Source: Squalus acanthias (taxonomy: Eukaryota). Taken from it: a DNA stretch of 64,000 nt. The stretch is taken from assembly GCA_030390025.1 (NCBI GenBank), contig CM059432.1, forward strand, positions 7,564,001 to 7,628,000, in the 5' to 3' direction. The notes below the pieces were generated by a model. That model did not search any database, was not told the origin of the DNA, and saw only the letters and a program-made list of their open reading frames with translations. This document shows, piece by piece, positions 38,301 through 49,401 of the stretch (positions are counted from its first letter, which is position 1; each line of letters begins with the position of its first letter). A program made the translations under genes and the position numbers.

Positions 38301-38872
38301 GTGAGTTCATAGACTCACACAGCACAGAAGGAGGCCATTCGGCCCATCGTGCCTGTGCCAGCTCTTTGAAAGAGCTCTCCAATTAGTCCCACTCTCCCCC
38401 CTGCTCTTTCAATGTAGAACTGCTAATTTTTCTGTTTTAAGTTTATATCCACTTCCCTTTTGAAAGTTACTACTGTAGGGAGAAATTGTAGATTCACTAT
38501 TAGCTTCTTTGAAACACAGGAACAGGAGTGTAATTAGATCATGGCTGATCTGCCTAACTCCACCTACCCGCCTTGGTTCCATAGCCCTGAATATCTTTGA
38601 AGAATAAAAGAAAGATAAAAAGAAAGAAAGACTTGCATTTATATAGCGCCTTTCACAACCTCAGGATGTCACAAAGCACTTTACAGCCAATGAAGTACTT
38701 TTTGAAGTGTAGTCACTGTTGTAATGTAGGAAACGCGGCAGCCAATTTACGCACAGCAAGCTCCCACAAACAGCAATGTGATAATGACCAGATAATCTGT
38801 TTTTAGCGTTGGTTGAGGGTAAATATTGGCCAGGACACATTTTAATAACATATGAATATGTTATTCATACTA

Positions 38873-39551
38873 CTTGCAGGTACAGCAAGTAATCAAAAAG
38901 GCAAATGGAATGTTGGCCTTTATTTCAAAGGGGTTGGAGTATAAAAGCAGGGAAGTCCTGCTACAACTGTACAAGGTATTGGTGAGACCACACCTTGAGT
39001 ACTGTGTACAGTTTTGGTCTCCTTATTTAAGGAAGGATATACTTGCATTGGAGGCAGTTCAGGGATGATTCACTAGGTTAATTCCAGAGATGACTTATGA
39101 GGAAAGGTTGAGCAGGTTGGGCCTATACTCATTGGAATTTAGAAGAATGAGAGGTGATCTTATTGAAACATATATTGATACTGAGGGGGCTCGACAAGGT
39201 AGATGCAGAGAGGATGTTTCCCCTCGTGGGGAAAACTAGAACTCGGGGGCACAGTTTTAGAATAAAGGGTCGCCCATTTAGACCTGAGATGAGGAGGAAT
39301 TTCTTCTCTCAGAGGGTCGTAAATCTGTGGAATTCTCTGCCCCAGAGAGCTGTGGAGGCTGGGTCATTAAATACATTTAAGCTGGAGATAGACAGATTTT
39401 TGCAAGATAAGAAAGTGAAGGGTTATGGGGAGCGGGCGTGGAAGTGGCTTTGAGCCCAAGATCAGCCATGATCTTATTGAATGGCGGAGCAGGCTCGAGG
39501 GGCCAAGTGGCCTATTCATGCTCCTATTTCTTATGTTCTTATGTTCTTATG
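38873..39551 (+). mobile_element. CR1 3' fragment
   Basis: LVRPHLEYCVQFWSPY, RRNFFSQRVV; (TTATGTTC)n tail. Confidence 0.9.
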
Positions 39552-39969
39552 TACATTTATAAGTACATGAATGTTGCTTGCAGTTCCAAAAAGCTATGTT
39601 CAAAGCACGATTATACAAATATGCGATAATCAGATAAATCCTTATCTGAACTAGCTGTGTGTGGATTGTTCACTGCAAGCTGCTGTCAGATAATTCCACA
39701 GAATTACTTTCCAGGACTTCTATTTTTATGCAAGAGTCTGCAAAACTGAACTAATTATCTTCAGGGCTGGCGTTCGTAGTGCTCACGCTCCATGATATCG
39801 CAGTGCATTCATATACGCTGACTCTAAAGAGCAAAAAATATTTCCCAACAGAGTGTTGGCACTTAGCTTGACAGGAAGAGAAAGTATAAACAGTGGTTAT
39901 GTAGTGTGTGGAATTCTGGCAAGACAGGGAGACAAAATTCTGTTATTTCTTTAATAAAAATGGGAGAGT

Positions 39970-40422
39970 GCTATGAGGAAAGATTGGATAGGCTGGGGTT
40001 GTTTTCTTTGGAACAGAGGAGGCTGAGGGGTGACCTAATTCAAGTGTATACAATTATGAGGGGCCTAGATAGAGTGGATAGGAAGGACCTATTTCCCTTA
40101 GCAGAGGGGTCAATAACCAGGGGGCATAGATTTAAAGTAATTGGTAGCAGGATTAGAGGGGAGTTGAGGAGAACTTTTTGTACCCAGAGGGTGGTGGGGG
40201 TCTGGAACTCACTGCCTGAAAGGGTGGGAGAGGCAGAAACACTCATCGCATTTAAAAAGTACTTGGATATGCACTTGAAGTGCCGTGACCTACAGGGCTA
40301 CGGACCAAGAGCTGGAAAGTGGATTAGGTTGGAGAGCTCTTTGTCGGCCGGCGCGGACACGATGGGCCGAATGGCCTCCTTCTGTGCCGTAAATTTCTAT
40401 GATTCTAGGATTCTATTCTATG
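39970..40422 (+). mobile_element. CR1 3' fragment
   Basis: YEERLDRLGLFSLEQRRLRGDLI; TTCTATGA tail. Confidence 0.9.
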
Positions 40423-40616
40423 AAATGCACGTCCGAAAAAATCTGAAAGAGAAAGATGGATCCCAGTTGAAACATCGACCGACCTTTTCTCTTCCAAATG
40501 TTTACTGGCCGGTTTTACATTTCCCACATTACCTGTTGATTGTTTTCATTTCAGATTTCCAGCATTCACGTTTTTTTTTTTTTTGCTCTTGTCTTAAATA
40601 TTTATCTGTGCTCCCT

Positions 40617-40733
40617 CGGGTTGCCAACCCTCCAGGCTTGTCCTGGAGTCTCCAGGAATTGAAGATTAATCTCCAGGATACGGCAGCCAACAACACGCCG
40701 GGAGAAAAATCATAGATGCATTCAAAAAATGGT
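40617..40733. mobile_element. hAT-like DNA transposon end fragment
   Basis: GGGTTGCCAACCCTCCAGG terminus with repeated CTCCAGG motifs. Confidence 0.5.
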
Positions 40734-41484
40734 GGGCTAGAAATTCATGTACTTACCGCCACTCCGTAGCGCCATGAACAAAAGCACATAAGAACATAAG
40801 AAATAAGAGCAGGAGTCAGGCATTCGGCCCCTCGAGCCTGCTCCGCCATTCAGTAAGATCATGGCTGATCATCGACCTCAACTTCACCTTTCCGCTCAAT
40901 CCCCATATCCCTTGATTCCCTTAATATCCAAAAATCTATCGATCTCTGTCTTGAATATACTCAACGATTGAGCCTCCACAGCCCTCAGGGGTAGAGAATT
41001 CCAAAGATTCATCACCCTCTGAGTGAAGAAATTTCTCCTCATCTCAGTCCTAAATGGCCGACCCCTTATTCTGAGACTGTGACCCCTGGTTCTAGACTCC
41101 CCAGCCAGGGGAAATATCCTCCCTGCATCTACCCTGTCAAGCCCTGTAAGAATTTTGTATGCTTCAATGAGATCACCTCTCATTCTTCTAAACTCTAGAG
41201 AATATAGGCCTAGTCTACTCAATCTCTCCTCATAGGACAATCCCCCCATCCCAGGAATCAGTCTTGTGAACCTTCGTTGCACTCCCTCTATGGCAAGTAT
41301 ATCCTTACTTAGATAAGGAGACCAAAACTGTACACAATACTCCAGGCGTGGTCTCACCAGGGCCCTATATAATTGCAGTAAGACGTCTTTACTCTTATAC
41401 TCCAATCCTTTTGTAATAAAGGCCAACATACCATTTGCTTTCCTAATTGCTTGCTGTACCTGCATGTTAACTTTCAGTGATTCA

Positions 41485-42627
41485 GTTTGACAAAGTTCCA
41501 CATAGAAGGCTGGTTAACAAAATTGAGGCTCATGGAATAGGTGGGTCAGTGGCAGCTTGGATAAGGAATTGGCTTAAGGATAGAAAACAGTGAGTAGTGG
41601 TAAATGGCTGTTTTTCAGACTGGAGGATGGTAGACAGTGGTGTTCTCCAAGGGTCAGTCCTGGGGCCACTGCTTTTTTTGATATATATAAGTGACCTGGA
41701 TATTGGAATACAGAGTAGAATTTCTAAATTTGCCGATGACACCAAACTTGGGGGTGTGGCAAACAATCGACTGCAACAGGACATAGAAAGGCTAGCAGAA
41801 TTGGCAGACAAGTGGCAGATGGAATTTAATACAGAGAAGTGTGAGGTGATGCATTTTGCCAGAAGGAACAGGGAGAGGCAATATAGACTTAATGGCACAG
41901 TTTTAAAGAGTGTGCAGGGACAGCGGGACCTGGGAGTTAATGTGCATAGGTCCCTGAAGGTGGCGGGACATATTGAGAGAGTGGTTAGCAAAGCATATAG
42001 GATCTTGGGCTTCATAAATAGAGGTATTTAGTACAAAAGTAGAGAAGTTATGCTGAACCTTTATAAAGCGCTGGTTAGGCCACAACTGGAGTATTGCATC
42101 CAGTTCTGGTCACCACACTTTAGGAAGGATGTGAAGGCCCTTGAGAGGGTGCAGAGGAGATTTACCAGAATGGTTCCGGGGATGGGGGATCTTAGCTACA
42201 AGGACAGGTTGGAGAAGTTGGATTTGTTTTCATTGGAGCAAAGGAGGTTGAGGGGTGATTTGATAGCGGTGTACAAGATTATGACGGGTTTGGATAGGCT
42301 AGACGGGGAAAGGCTGTTCCCACTAGTTGATGGTACAAGGATTAGGGGACACAGATTTAAGATTTTGGCCAAGAGATACAGGGGGGATGTGAGGAAAAGC
42401 TTTTTTACGCAGTGAGTGGTGATGACCTGGAACTCGCTGCCGCTGGAAGTGGTGGAAGCGGAGACACTCAATGTTTTTAAGGGGAGACTGGATAGGCACT
42501 TGAAGGAAATAAACTTGCAGGGCTACGGGGATAGAGCGGGGGAATGGGACTGACTGGATTGCTCTACAGAGAGCCGGCAAGGACTCAATGGGCCGAATGG
42601 CCTCCTTCTGTGCCGTTATGACTCTAT
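41485..42627 (+). mobile_element. CR1 (second family) RT/3' part
   Basis: FDKVPH, QGSVLGP, FADDTKL; (ATGACTCT)n tail interrupted by Harbingers, remnants at 46786-46795. Confidence 0.92.
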
Positions 42628-42988
42628 GGGGGAAAAATTCAGTATCGCCCCGTTTGGGGCACCATTATCGGCCGTGCGCAAAGTTTAGTGCCTGCCGCTA
42701 ATTATCGCCTCCGACTGCAAACTTGACTTTTATCGCCCCTGGAGGTGATTGGAGCGCTAAATCAGGCGCTACACTCCTGTCTTAAGGCGCAAAGGCCGAG
42801 GAGCGAGGCGCTAACTCAGAGCGCGGGCGCAGCGCAGGTGATGTCAGTTAGCGATGGAACACAGACACACTGGCGCCGGACAGTTCTTAAAGGGGAGGGT
42901 CGATCTTGCTCTCCAGCCACACCCTGCTCATTGGAGCCTTGAATCTCCGCCTGGAGAGACCTGTGCCTAAATCTTCCAGCCAAGGACT

Positions 42989-44874
42989 ATGGAGAGGGTG
43001 AGAGTACGAGCTCAGCGCTTCAGCGAGCAGGCCTTGGATGCTCTGGTTGGCGCGGTGGAGCGCAGAAGATCTATACTCTTCCCTGAGAGTGGCAGGAGGC
43101 CTTTGCCACGCGAGTACAGAAGAGTGTGGAAGGAGGTGGCTCAGAGCGTCTCCTCCAGGAGCATGTTGCCCAGGACCCATACTCAATGTCGAAAAAAGTT
43201 CAACGACCTCACTCGGGTCGTCAGGGTGAGTGGCTTTTTTTCAATACCTCTCCATCCCTCCATCTCAACCTCATTCTATGGCCAGAGGGTCTTAAAACCC
43301 CAATGCCCAACACTCATCCAACACCTATGACCCTCTCATGAAACACACACGCACATTCCACACTTTGCATACAGTAAGGGCTATTCACCTATGGGAGGCA
43401 CATCAGGCAAGACCATGGCTGCATACAGTAAGGGCTATTCACCTATGGGAGGCACATCGGGCAAGACCATAGCTGTATATTTACTCAGACGCCGTCCTTT
43501 TTCTTGCAGGCCAAGCTATCTCATAATAGGAGACAGCAGCAACGGACGGGTGGAGGGCGGCCTCAGCTGCAACCCCTCAGCGATCTTGAGGCGCGCGTCC
43601 ACAGGATTGTGGCAAGCCGGGTGATCGGTCCCGTCGCCCCTGGAGAGGCCGACCCTGTTCTGGACAGCAATGGTAAGGTCATCACCTTTTTCTCCTCTTT
43701 CCTTCCACTTGTCCCTCACAACACCAGCCTTTGACACTTTCAATCCAACTTACTAAATCGCTCCACTCCTTCCTCCCTTACTGCCCCCCTGTCCTCACGC
43801 TAAAGCCACTCTTGTACCTCCCTACTTTCAGATGGTGATTAACCAGCTGAGGAGACGGGCCCTCAAGCTGCCAGTGGGAGTGAAGCTGCAGACGAGGAGG
43901 AAGAGGAAGCCGGAGCATCAGCACCACCCTCTCCCGAGGAAGCCCATGCCCACACTGGGACCACGTCTTCCCTGGAGGGGAGCAGGGGGGAAGGGTCTGA
44001 TGAGGATGAAGCTCCAGGACCCAGCGGGCTGCAGCAACGCGATGGGGGTAGGGAAGCTCGGGGGCCTTCTCCCTGGAGGGAGAGTAGGCCAGCGAGTCCT
44101 GCTGCACTGGACGCAGAGGAGGAGTGGCTCATTGCTGAAATGAACACCCAGGCGGTGGACATGCACACTGAGCTCATGGGTGCAGTGGGAAGGGTGCCCG
44201 ATTGCATTGAATCACTGGCAAGGAGTGTGGAGCACTTCGCTGTAGCACAGGCGGATGCCACGCTAAAGCTTAGTGCTGCAATTCAGTCACTGGCTGCTAT
44301 GACCCCATCTCAGGCTGCTCTCATGCAGACTCAGATTGAGGTCACGCAAGCACTGACTGCTGCCATTCTCGCTGGTTCGGATACATTTCCCCGGGGCTCT
44401 CACTGCGCCGCAGCAGGCCAGCAATCTGTGCTCCAGCAGATTGCTCTGGATGCTGAAGTGCTGCCCCATGGGAGTGCCAGTGTGTCGGTCGAGCAGGGAG
44501 GTGCTGTCCTCTCTCAAGATGACAGCATTCCTGCTCCCAGCACTGTCACTTCCCCATTGCACTTGCCACCGCCTGTAGGCCAGACTGCTGCCGCCCAAGC
44601 AGAGTTGGTGCAGTCTGCAGCCGGGCCCTCCAGGCCCAGAGCTAGTCAAGGCCGTCCTTCAAGGGCATCTGCAGTCTCAGGTTCTGACAATCAGCAGCCT
44701 TCCACCAGCCTTGCTGCAGCCACTGGGGCCCCATTACGTAGGAGCAGTAGGGTGGGAAGGGGGAAGTGCGCAAGGGAAGGAGATCACCCTCGAAGGGCAA
44801 AAAGTAGGAGGTGCGACAAAATGTTTGTCAATTTTTTATTAAAGGCCGAGGTTCGTGGTCAAACTTTTGTTTAG
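42989..44874 (+). pseudogene. Harbinger Myb/SANT-like DNA-binding protein; exons 42989-43225, 43510-43672, 43832-44874 (about 480 aa)
   Basis: RAQRFSEQALDALV...WKEVA...RTHTQCRKKFNDL; canonical GT-AG sites in compatible phases; one premature TAA at 43840-43842. Confidence 0.88.
43366..43473 (+). repeat. 54-bp tandem duplication in Myb intron 1
   Basis: TGCATACAGTAAGGGCTATTCACCTATGGGAGGCACATC... twice, 2 mismatches. Confidence 0.9.
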
Positions 44875-45118
44875 TGTTTTGGACATTATCTCCAGATTGT
44901 GAGAACCAGTTATGTTAATGACTGTTTTTTCTGTGTTTCTTTCTATTAGTTTGTCATGAAGAAATGACACACACTGAGTTTGTAAAATAAATAATTTTTT
45001 GTATTCAAAATGTACATGTTTGGTCTTTGAATCATTGTTGCCTTGGCTGGCTTAGGGGTTGCGGGTTGGTTTCATTCATGTTGTTCTCAATGGCAGAAGC
45101 CATTTCCTCAGCAGGGGC

Positions 45119-46291
45119 CTAGAAGCGGCTTACTATCAGCCGTTGATGGACGGCCCTTCCAGTTTCAAGATTGTGGGCCGCCCTCCCGCCTTGGTGCTGC
45201 TGGTGATCATCCTCCTCCTCTTCCTCCTCCTCTTCCTCCTCCTCCTCTGGTGGTGCTCCAAGGCCTGGTGGCATTGGCTGGGTCCTGAGGATTGCAAGGT
45301 TATGCAGCATGCAGCACACAACTATGAAGAGGGAGACTCGCTCAGGCGAGTACTGCAGGGCTCCTCCTGAGTAGTCCAGACAGCGGAACTGTTGCTTGAG
45401 CACGCCGATCGTCAGCTCAACGATGTTCCTGGTAGCTAGATGGCTCTCGTTGTACCGCAGCTCAGCAGGGGTGTTGGGGGAATGGAGCGGTGTCATCAGC
45501 CAGGTGCACAGTGGATAACCCTTGTCCCCGAGAAGCCAACCACTTGGGTGATGCGGTGCCTGGAAAAGGTCTGCCACAGTAGTCTGGCATAGGATGAATG
45601 CATTGTGGCTGCTGCCAGGATAGCGGGCATTGACAGCGAGTATCAGCTGTCTGTGGTCACAGACCAACTGGACGTTTAGTGAGTGGGACTCCTTGCGGTT
45701 TCGGAAAACCTCTGCATTCTCATGCGGTGCACGCAATGCCACATGCGTGCAGTCAATGGCGCCCTGCACCATGGGGAAGCCCGCTATCCTCGCAAAGCCC
45801 AATGCGCGTTCATGCTGTTTGGCCCGGGTCATCGGGAAAGAGATGTACTGTTGTCTCCTTTTATAGAGGGCATTTGTGACCTGACGGATGCAGCGATGGA
45901 CCGCGACCTGGGAGATATTGGCGATGTCCCCAGTAGCTGCTTGAAAGGAGCTGCTGGCATAAAAGTTCAGAGTCACTGTGACCTTCACTGCCACTGACAG
46001 AGACGTCCTGGTCCTCAGTTGAGGCTGCAGATCTGGCTGCAGCAGGTGGCAGAGCTCAGTGACCACCTCCTTGCTGAAGCACAGCCTGCGCAAACACTGC
46101 TCCTCAGACAAATTAATATCGGAGAATTGTTCCCGGAATACCCTGGGAGGGTAAGGTCTCCTGTACAGAGGCCTGTTGGCCTCCTCCGTCTGGCCATGAT
46201 TGCCACTCTCTCTCTGCGTCTCTGTGGCCTCTGAATCTGCCGGCGCAGGACGACGCCCCGAATCAGTGCAACCCCCACAATCTCTTGGCAA
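45119..46291 (-). CDS. Harbinger DDE transposase (HARBI1-like family); N-terminus probably frameshifted
   Basis: [54 protein letters not shown]; acidic C-terminus; no ATG at the ORF start. Confidence 0.85.
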   Translation of the reverse strand: MPRDCGGCTDSGRRPAPADSEATETQRESGNHGQTEEANRPLYRRPYPPRVFREQFSDINLSEEQCLRRLCFSKEVVTELCHLLQPDLQPQLRTRTSLSVAVKVTVTLNFYASSSFQAATGDIANISQVAVHRCIRQVTNALYKRRQQYISFPMTRAKQHERALGFARIAGFPMVQGAIDCTHVALRAPHENAEVFRNRKESHSLNVQLVCDHRQLILAVNARYPGSSHNAFILCQTTVADLFQAPHHPSGWLLGDKGYPLCTWLMTPLHSPNTPAELRYNESHLATRNIVELTIGVLKQQFRCLDYSGGALQYSPERVSLFIVVCCMLHNLAILRTQPMPPGLGAPPEEEEEEEEEEEEDDHQQHQGGRAAHNLETGRAVHQRLIVSRF

Positions 46292-46795
46292 TCCAAGTAA
46301 TGAAGGCCAAAAACAAATGTACCTGCAAAGTGATGCTCAGTAACCAAAACTACTTCACACAGCGTTGACTCTATGCAGAAGTCTCTCCTTCTCTCTCTCA
46401 GAATCTTTCTGTCAGAACGAGTGGTGCAAAAATGTCTACCACAGAAAAAGCCAGGAAGAGGCTGCGTTTACATAGCGCCACCCCCAGCCCCACAGCGACT
46501 GGGAAACGTTCCAGTCTACTTGTCGTTGCTTGCGCCAGGCGGAAAGGAGGGGGGCGCCACTCAATATCAGCTCCGGGGCACCACAAGGGTGTTGCACGCT
46601 CGAATGACGTCAAGATCTGCGGGCGCAGGAGATCGGGGCGGTATTGTTTAGCGCCGCCGCAAAATGTCTGGTCAATTTAGCGAGCGGCGCAGATATCGCC
46701 GCGCCCAGGCGCAAGTTGCTTTGCGCCCCATTAGCGTCCTCTTAAGGCGCTAACGGGAGGTGCAAACGAACTGAATTTTCCCCCCATGACTCTAA

Positions 46796-47684
46796 GGGGG
46801 GAAAATTCGGTTGGTTTGCGCCTCCCGTTAGCGCCTTAAGAAAGCGCTAATGGGGCATAAAGCAACTAGCGCCCATGCGTGGCGATGTTGCGCCACTCAC
46901 GAAATTGACGACATTTTGCGGCGGCGCTAAACAATACCGCCCTGATCTCCTGCGCCCGCAGTTCGTGACGTCAGTCGAGCGTACAACGCCCTGGTAGCGC
47001 CCTGGACTGGATATTGAGTGGCGGCCCCTATCATACTGCCTGCCGCCAGCAACGACAGGTTGAGGGGAGTTTTTTGCAGTTGGGAAGGGACTGGGGGAGC
47101 GCTATTTAAAGGCAACCGCTTCCTGCCTTTTTTTGTCGGCACAATGTTTCCGCCACGCATTCTGAGAGAGAGGGAGAGACTTCTGCAGAGATTCAACGCT
47201 GTGTTGAGGAGTTTTGGGTGCTGAGCAGCACTTTGCAGGTTCTTTTTGATTTGATTTTCCTTGCATTGATTTAGAAGAGACTATGGGGTCTGCACTCTGA
47301 GCTCTTTCCCTGGGCCTCTCCATTGTTCTTTCCAACAGATTTGATGTACATGTCTCTCCAGGCCAAGAGTCAAGGCTGCAATGAGCAGGGTGTGGATGGA
47401 GAGCAAGATTGACCCTCCCCTTTAAGAACTGGCTGGCGCCAGTGTGTCTGTGTTCCATTGCTGACTGACATCACATGAGCTTCGCCAGCGCTCTGAGTTA
47501 GCGCCTCGCTCCTCGGTGTTAGCACCTTAAGAGAGGTGTGTAGCGCCTGATTTAGCGCTCCAATCACCTCCAGGGGCGATAGAAGCCAAGTTTGCAGTCG
47601 GTGGCGATAATTAGCGCCAGGCGCTAAACTTTGCACCCGGCCGATAATTCCGCCCCAAACGGGGCGATACCGAATTTCTCCCCC
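46796..47684 (-). mobile_element. Harbinger MITE
   Basis: TIRs GGGGGGAAAATTCGGT / ACCGAATTTCTCCCCC; reverse complement of the 7371-8261 family. Confidence 0.92.
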
Positions 47685-48720
47685 TATGATTCATGTACAA
47701 GGACACCCAGGTCCCTCTGAACACCAACATTTCCCAACCTCTCACCATTTAAAAAATACGCTACTTTTCTATTTTTCCTGCCAAAGTGGATAACTTCACA
47801 TTTCTCCACATTATATTCCATTTTCCATGTTCTTGCCACTCGCTTAGCCTGTCTATATCCCCTTGAAGCCTCTTTGCATCCTCCTCACAACTTACATTCC
47901 CACCTAGCTTTGTATCATCAGCAAACTTGGATATATTACATTTGGTCCCCTCATCCAAATCATTGATGTAGATTGTGAATAGCTGAGGCCCAAGCACTGA
48001 TCCTTGCGGCATCCCACTAGCTACAGCCTGCCAACCCGAAAATGACCCGTTTATTCCTATTCTCTGTTTTCTGTCTGTTAACCAATCCTCAATCCATGCT
48101 AGTATATTACCCCCAATCCCATGAGCCCTAACTTTGTTCAATCGCCTCTTGTGTGGTACCTTATCGAATGCCTTCTGAAAATCCAAATACACCACATCCA
48201 CTGGCTCCCCCTTATCTATTCTGCCAATTACAACCTCAAAAAACTCTAACAGATTTGATAAACACGATTTCCCTTTCATAAATCCATGCTGACGCTGCAC
48301 AATCCTATTATTATTTTCTAAGTGCCCTGTTACCATATCCTTAATAATAGATTCTAGCATTTTCCACACTACTGATGTCAGGCTAACTGGTCTGTAATTC
48401 TCCGATTTCTCTCTCCCTCCTTTCTGAAATAGTGGGGTTACATTTGCTACCTTCCAATCCACGGAAACCGTTCTAGAATCTATGGAATTTTGGAAGATGA
48501 CAACCAATACATCCACTATCTCTATAGCCACCTCTTTCAAAACCCTAGGATGTAGGCCATCAGATCCAAAGGATTTATCGGCTTTCAGTCCCATTAATTT
48601 CTCCAGTACTATTTTTTTACTAATACTAATTTCTTTCAGTTCCCCATTCTCGTTAGACCCTTGGTTCTCCACTATTTCCGGAATGTTTTTTGCATCTTCT
48701 TCCGTGAAGACAGACACTCA

Positions 48721-49401
48721 GGGCAGGATTTTGATACTGGGGTGGGTTGGGGTCATGTCATCCACTTTTCGTGTTATCCACCCGACAGCAATTGGATGTG
48801 GGAGATTGATGCAATTTTCACCTAATTGGGCAATTGAGTTCCAGCATGTGGGAACCCATGAACCAATTAGTGTTTTCAGTCTGAAAGTCGCCTTTGATGA
48901 TGTCATCATTGCTGCTGCATTGAAGGTCTTCAAAGACTGCCTGGCCTTTGCTGTGAGAGGACCTGCAAAATGAGCAGCAGCCCTAAGTCTGCTCCCAGAT
49001 ATTTTTACACCACCACTCCCAGATATGTCTCCTCTCTATCCATCCATATATATATCCATCCACATAGCTATCCATATATGCATCCCCACAGCCAGCCGGC
49101 CGTGCTCCCGCCAGGTTTCACAATCGTGGTTCAGAACAGACGTGCTTCACGTAGAACAAGGGTTAAAATCACAAAGGCCTTTCAAAATGGCATTATAGAG
49201 CCAATTTAATGCTTGTTAAGGGCCTTAACAGCCTATCCTGCCTCTTAGAGGCGGGACAGAGTCGGGACCAGCAGACACGATTTAATGAAAATTGCGTGGA
49301 GGCGGGATGGAGGCGGACTTGTGCCTGCCCGCCAGTTTTCGCAATTTTAACCCCCCACACGCCTCCAAACCCACCTCCACGGGTCAATGAAAATCCAGCC
49401 C
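48721..49401. mobile_element. Harbinger-type MITE (different family) inserted in CR1 ORF2
   Basis: TIRs GGGCAGGATTTT / AAAATCCAGCCC; CR1 sequence resumes on both sides. Confidence 0.7.

Larger units (their letters stand above)
42628..46785 (+). mobile_element. Structurally complete PIF/Harbinger transposon (two convergent genes)
   Basis: TIRs GGGGGAAAAATTCAGT / ACTGAATTTTCCCCCC; Myb gene on plus, transposase on minus. Confidence 0.95.

Noticed and set aside
39906..40715. 269-aa ORF
   Set aside because: CR1 C-terminus running on into unrelated repeats
45119..46291. Domesticated HARBI1 gene
   Set aside because: Lies within TIRs next to a Myb partner and has several degraded paralogues, so it is a transposon copy
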